NCBI GenBank assembly: GCA_040752415.1
Contig: JBFMGU010000197.1
Location: 1 to 20,168, forward strand
Source of the DNA: Myxococcota bacterium
GTDB lineage: Bacteria > Myxococcota > JACRCW01
Reading direction: 5' to 3'
DNA length: 20,168 nucleotides
The position numbers and the translations under genes are program-made. Every line of letters starts with the position of its first letter. The first letter of the stretch is position 1. A model generated the notes under the pieces. The model was given only the letters and a program-made list of their open reading frames with translations, was not told the origin of the DNA and did not search any database. This document shows, one piece after another, positions 16,827 to 20,168 of this stretch.

Positions 16827-16873
16827 CCCCACGTCAGCGATCCCGCTGAGCACCTTGTTCTCACGCAGCCCCC

Positions 16874-17341
16874 TCATCCCTTGGGCCAGCGACCCGGCCC
16901 CGGCGTGGCGTTGAGGACAATGCGGTCCAGCTGGATGCGCTCGCGCGTGTACTCGTAGCTCTGCGCCACGTGCGGTGAGCTCCTCCAGCGGCCGCTGGCC
17001 TGGTCAAACTGCACCTCCAGCATGCGCGTGGCCGTCACCCGCCCGTGGTCGACGGAGAAGAACCAGTGCTCACGCATGGGAACACCGTCCACGCTGTCCA
17101 GCGGCGCCAGCGCCTCCACCTGTCCGCGCTCGGGGTCGGCCCGCACCACCGTCCACTGCTCCTCGCGCGCGGTCTGCAGCACCGCCTGGAAGAGCCTCTC
17201 GCGCGGGATGCCCTCGGCGCGCGCGGTGGGCGACGCGTAGGCCACGGTGGAAGTCCCGCGCATGCCGGGCAGGGACGAGGCGCAACCGGTGGTGACCAGG
17301 AACAACGCGGCAAACGTGGCGGATGACGTGATGGAGCGCAT
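16874..17341 (-). CDS. Hypothetical lipoprotein
   Basis: MRSITSSATFAALFLVTTGC lipoprotein signal; the helix plus WTVVRADPERGQVEA pattern resembles small helix-grip-type outer-membrane lipoproteins. Confidence 0.8.
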   Translation of the reverse strand: MRSITSSATFAALFLVTTGCASSLPGMRGTSTVAYASPTARAEGIPRERLFQAVLQTAREEQWTVVRADPERGQVEALAPLDSVDGVPMREHWFFSVDHGRVTATRMLEVQFDQASGRWRSSPHVAQSYEYTRERIQLDRIVLNATPGPGRWPKG

Positions 17342-17354
17342 GTCACCCACATTC

Positions 17355-17369
17355 GCAACCCACGTGCCA
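17355..17369 (-). promoter_or_regulatory. Sigma-54 (-24/-12) promoter
   Basis: The minus strand reads TGGCAC-GTGGG-TTGC, matching TGGCAC-N5-TTGC, 13 nt before the ATG at 17341. Confidence 0.75.
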
Positions 17370-17572
17370 CGCGCCTCCCGACGGAGGCCAGGCGCGCATT
17401 CCGTGCGGTGAGAATCGCATTCCACCGCGGTGTGAACGGGCGTTGCGCTGGCGTGCCCGTCGTACCTGCCTCGGAACGTGACACATGCACGTGCGTCCTC
17501 GCGGACACGCCACATCCATCACGGACCTTGTGCAGTCCCACTGAACACCGACGGAGGTTGGCGCGCGCGCGA

Positions 17573-17602
17573 TTGCGCAGGACATTGTGGCGCTGTCAGC
17601 AT
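17573..17602 (+). promoter_or_regulatory. Putative sigma-70-type promoter for a leaderless transcript
   Basis: TTGCGC-N18-CAGCAT with an extended TG, ending 6 nt before ATG 17609; no SD sequence. Confidence 0.4.
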
Positions 17603-17608
17603 GGGCCC

Positions 17609-18163
17609 ATGCGCTATCCGGACATGGGGACGGTGTGCGGAGCGGAGCGGGGGAATGCGGTTCGGGCGGTCGGCTGGTTGGAGGCTGGCCACCCGTTTCC
17701 CAAGGGCGAGGTGCCGCCCACCTTCCTCACCAAGCTGCGCTTCCACATCCGGAACGCCTACCAACCCGTCACGCTCTTCGGCGTGCATTTCTGCGGGCTC
17801 TGCCCCGACGCCGAGGAGAAGGGCCTGGGCGGCAGCGGCAACCTGTGGATTCCGACGAGGGACGTGGTGTTCGTCGCGCCGGAGCTCGTCGAGCATTACA
17901 TCGTGGCGCACCGCTACAAGCCGCCGGCGGCGTTCCAGGACGCGCTGATGGGGTGTCCCACGCAGGGCTCCCCGGAGTTCATGGCGCTCCTGCACAAGCA
18001 CCTGCCGCATCACGGACCGCTGGGCGAGGGCACCTTGACCGGCGACGAGGATCACTTCCCCGTCAGGGATGAAGCCACCGTGGCCGGCGAGGAGGAGCGC
18101 CTCCCGCTCAGCAACGAGGCCACCATGGCCGAGGGATGGGACGAGGAGACCCCGGTGGAGTGA
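17609..18163 (+). CDS. Conserved hypothetical protein with HxCxxC and HYIxxHxYxPP motifs (recalled as DUF7919-like; needs verification)
   Basis: AVGWL..GHPFPKGEV, GVHFCGLC, GSGNLWIP, FVAPELVEHYIVAHRYKPP; acidic repeat tail. Confidence 0.8.
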   Translation: MRYPDMGTVCGAERGNAVRAVGWLEAGHPFPKGEVPPTFLTKLRFHIRNAYQPVTLFGVHFCGLCPDAEEKGLGGSGNLWIPTRDVVFVAPELVEHYIVAHRYKPPAAFQDALMGCPTQGSPEFMALLHKHLPHHGPLGEGTLTGDEDHFPVRDEATVAGEEERLPLSNEATMAEGWDEETPVE

Positions 18164-18180
18164 GCCTTCACTTCGCCGCG

Positions 18181-18189
18181 TGTTAGGAT
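18181..18189 (+). promoter_or_regulatory. Putative extended -10 promoter (TGtTAGGAT)
   Basis: TGnTAnnAT motif upstream of the GGGGAG RBS of the gene at 18226. Confidence 0.45.
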
Positions 18190-18225
18190 CGGCGACCTCT
18201 GGATCAAGCGCGGGGAGCGGACGTC

Positions 18226-19494
18226 ATGGGCCACCCGGAAGGCGCGCAACAGACTTCGGTGGCGGCCAGCTCGCAGGCGGGCACCGGTCCGCGTGAGGTG
18301 GTCTGGGCCGGGCGTGGGCTGCGTCCCTCGGCGGTCATCATGGCGGTGCTGGGCCTCATCGCCCCGAGCATGGCCACGCCCCTCCTCATCCTCTGGCTCG
18401 ACCCGGAGCCCGGCGTGGATGTGGGCTTCGCGTTCATCCCGTCGCTCGTGTGGGGTGCGCTGGGCGCGCTGTGCCTCTGGTTTGGCGCGGTCAAACCGCT
18501 GCGACAGCGTCGCCTGGTGCAGCACGGCTTGGTGACGACGGGTGAGGTGACCGACCTGGTTGAACACAAGCGCGGCCGGCAGACGGAATGCACCATCACC
18601 TATGCCTTCACGCCGCAGCACTCGACGGAGCGGCGCCAGGCTACGCAGAAGTCCTCGCGGGCCATTCCCGTCGGCACGCGCGTGGACGTGGTGTATCAGC
18701 CGCAGGATCCCGCGGTCTCCACCGTCGTCGAGTTGTGCGACTACCGCCCCCGCGAGCCCGGGCCAACACCCCGGACGCAACCCACCGCGGCGCGCATCGC
18801 AGCCATCCTGGCGCTGACCTTCCTCACCCCATTCTCCATGCTCGCCGCGGAGCTCGACGGAGAACGCATCCTCCCCGACGAGGCCGGTCAGCCCTTCCAG
18901 GCGCTGAAGGTCGCGTTGCTCCTTGGCGTCGTCGGGGGCGTGGTGCGCATCTTCCAGCGGGTGCGTCGCGGGCGGACCACGTCCAATGTGGCCTTGTGGG
19001 ATGGTCTGCTGTTGTTCGCGGCGGCGCTGGCGTCGTTCTCCGGCCTGGTGACCCTCAACCGCGTCCTTCCGTCCGAGGAGCAGGTGCGCACGTTGGTGGT
19101 GGAGGCCAACTTCTGCCTCCGCATCCGGGAGCGTCCGTCGTCGTGCCTGTTGGAGCTGCGCACCCCGCCGGAGCTGGCGCGCCTCCACCTGGTGCGTGCC
19201 TCACCACCCACGGAATCCGGCCTGCCCGCCAGGAGCCGGGTGGGCGAGGTGGTCGAGCTGCGGTACCGCGCGGGAGGACTGGGACTGCCCTACCTGACCG
19301 CCGCCACCAGCGCGGAGATGCGCAACGCGGTGCGGAGCTCGGAGAAGAGCATTGCCGGCATCCCCCTCAACAAGAGCAAGGTCATGGGCGACGCGGTGCG
19401 CGACGGCGAGGTGGACGCGCTGGGCTTCTTCTCACCGCAAAGCACCGCGCGGCAGGAGCTCCACGCGCTGCGCGTCAGCGTGCGGGAACCCTGA
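18226..19494 (+). CDS. Membrane protein with DUF3592-like domain
   Basis: Two TM helices, then LVQHGLVTTGEVTD..ITYAF..VGTRVDVVYQPQDP, followed by about three more TM helices and a second similar beta domain (VGEVVELRYRAG). Confidence 0.8.
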   Translation: MGHPEGAQQTSVAASSQAGTGPREVVWAGRGLRPSAVIMAVLGLIAPSMATPLLILWLDPEPGVDVGFAFIPSLVWGALGALCLWFGAVKPLRQRRLVQHGLVTTGEVTDLVEHKRGRQTECTITYAFTPQHSTERRQATQKSSRAIPVGTRVDVVYQPQDPAVSTVVELCDYRPREPGPTPRTQPTAARIAAILALTFLTPFSMLAAELDGERILPDEAGQPFQALKVALLLGVVGGVVRIFQRVRRGRTTSNVALWDGLLLFAAALASFSGLVTLNRVLPSEEQVRTLVVEANFCLRIRERPSSCLLELRTPPELARLHLVRASPPTESGLPARSRVGEVVELRYRAGGLGLPYLTAATSAEMRNAVRSSEKSIAGIPLNKSKVMGDAVRDGEVDALGFFSPQSTARQELHALRVSVREP

Positions 19495-19506
19495 GCGCCC
19501 ACGACG

Positions 19507-19908
19507 TCAGGGAAGGGGCAGCAGCTTCGGCGGGTAGGGAATGGGGCTGCACTCCGCCTCGCACTGCACCCGGTCCAGGAATGGCGGCGGCGGCAGCGTG
19601 GGCAGCGGGCTCGGCGCGCGACACAGCGGGTATTCCGGGTTGGAGCGCCACTCCACCAGGCACACCGCCTGCTCATTGCGCGCCTCCAGGGACCGCACGA
19701 ACGCACACAGTCGAGCTTTGCACTCTTCACAGCTGTTGGGATTGGGGCCAGGGTTGACGCACTCATCCTGAGGTCCGCACACCTGGCGACGCAGCATGGT
19801 GCAGGGCGGCAGGTCCTGGACGGACTGTGGGGGCGGCCCGCAGTCCACCAGCAACAGGCCCAGCACCAGGGCAGCGAGAGGGAGTTGTCGTCCCATGCCG
19901 TCGCACAT
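19507..19908 (-). CDS. Small Cys/Pro-rich exported protein, probable lipoprotein
   Basis: MGRQLPLAALVLGLLLVDC signal (atypical Asp at -1) and multiple Cys. Start is 19908 or 19896. Confidence 0.7.
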   Translation of the reverse strand: MCDGMGRQLPLAALVLGLLLVDCGPPPQSVQDLPPCTMLRRQVCGPQDECVNPGPNPNSCEECKARLCAFVRSLEARNEQAVCLVEWRSNPEYPLCRAPSPLPTLPPPPFLDRVQCEAECSPIPYPPKLLPLP

Positions 19909-19990
19909 GGTCCCCCGCGGCGGACGCTGTCAAGATGGCCGCGCTCCGTCCCGCGCCGCGCGCGTGGTCGGGATGGCGCGAGCACTTTTC

Positions 19991-20019
19991 TTGGCTCTCG
20001 CTTCAGGCACACTTAAGGT
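19991..20019 (+). promoter_or_regulatory. Putative sigma-70 promoter
   Basis: TTGGCT-N17-TAAGGT in an AT-richer intergenic patch upstream of ATG 20069. Confidence 0.5.
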
Positions 20020-20068
20020 GCTTGGAGCCACCCGGCGCCAGGCGGCGCCAACCGGAGCCACCCGAATC

Positions 20069-20168
20069 ATGGCCCGTCCGCATCCTGCCACCCTCCTCCT
20101 CCTCCCTGCCGGCCTGGCGCTCGGCAACGGCGCCGCCCGCGCGCTGGACCTGGGCGCCCCGCCTCCCG
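20069..20168 (+). CDS. N-terminus of an exported protein (truncated by window end)
   Basis: MARPHPATLLLLPAGLALGNGAARA|LDLGAPP signal peptide; GGAG upstream. Confidence 0.6.
   Translation, partial: MARPHPATLLLLPAGLALGNGAARALDLGAPPP

Noticed and set aside
17559..17576. TGGCGC...TTGC on the plus strand as a second sigma-54 promoter
   Set aside because: The spacer is 8 nt, not the required 5.

Overview
High-GC (about 70%) bacterial chromosomal segment, most likely Myxococcota or a relative, judged from a MYXO-CTERM-type sorting tail and Cys-rich lipoproteins. It opens with the 3' end and right inverted repeat of an ISAs1-family IS, followed by a lower-GC gene remnant. Recognisable genes are a secreted MBL-fold hydrolase, a bolA-grxD pair, an MFS transporter, a LysE-family exporter, xdhAB (no xdhC in the window), an MscS channel and several exported or membrane hypothetical proteins. 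The most unusual element is a divergent pair: an OmpH/Skp-like chaperone and a protein with a C-terminal beta-barrel-like domain ending in Phe, both lacking signal peptides. Next to them lies a 748-aa membrane protein with 11-residue repeats. Non-coding structure includes a roughly 200-bp REPIN-like hairpin (16625-16826), a heptamer-repeat hairpin (1479-1556), a near-consensus sigma-54 promoter with candidate enhancer sites, and several extended -10 promoters. All family assignments come from motif recognition by eye; no searches were run.
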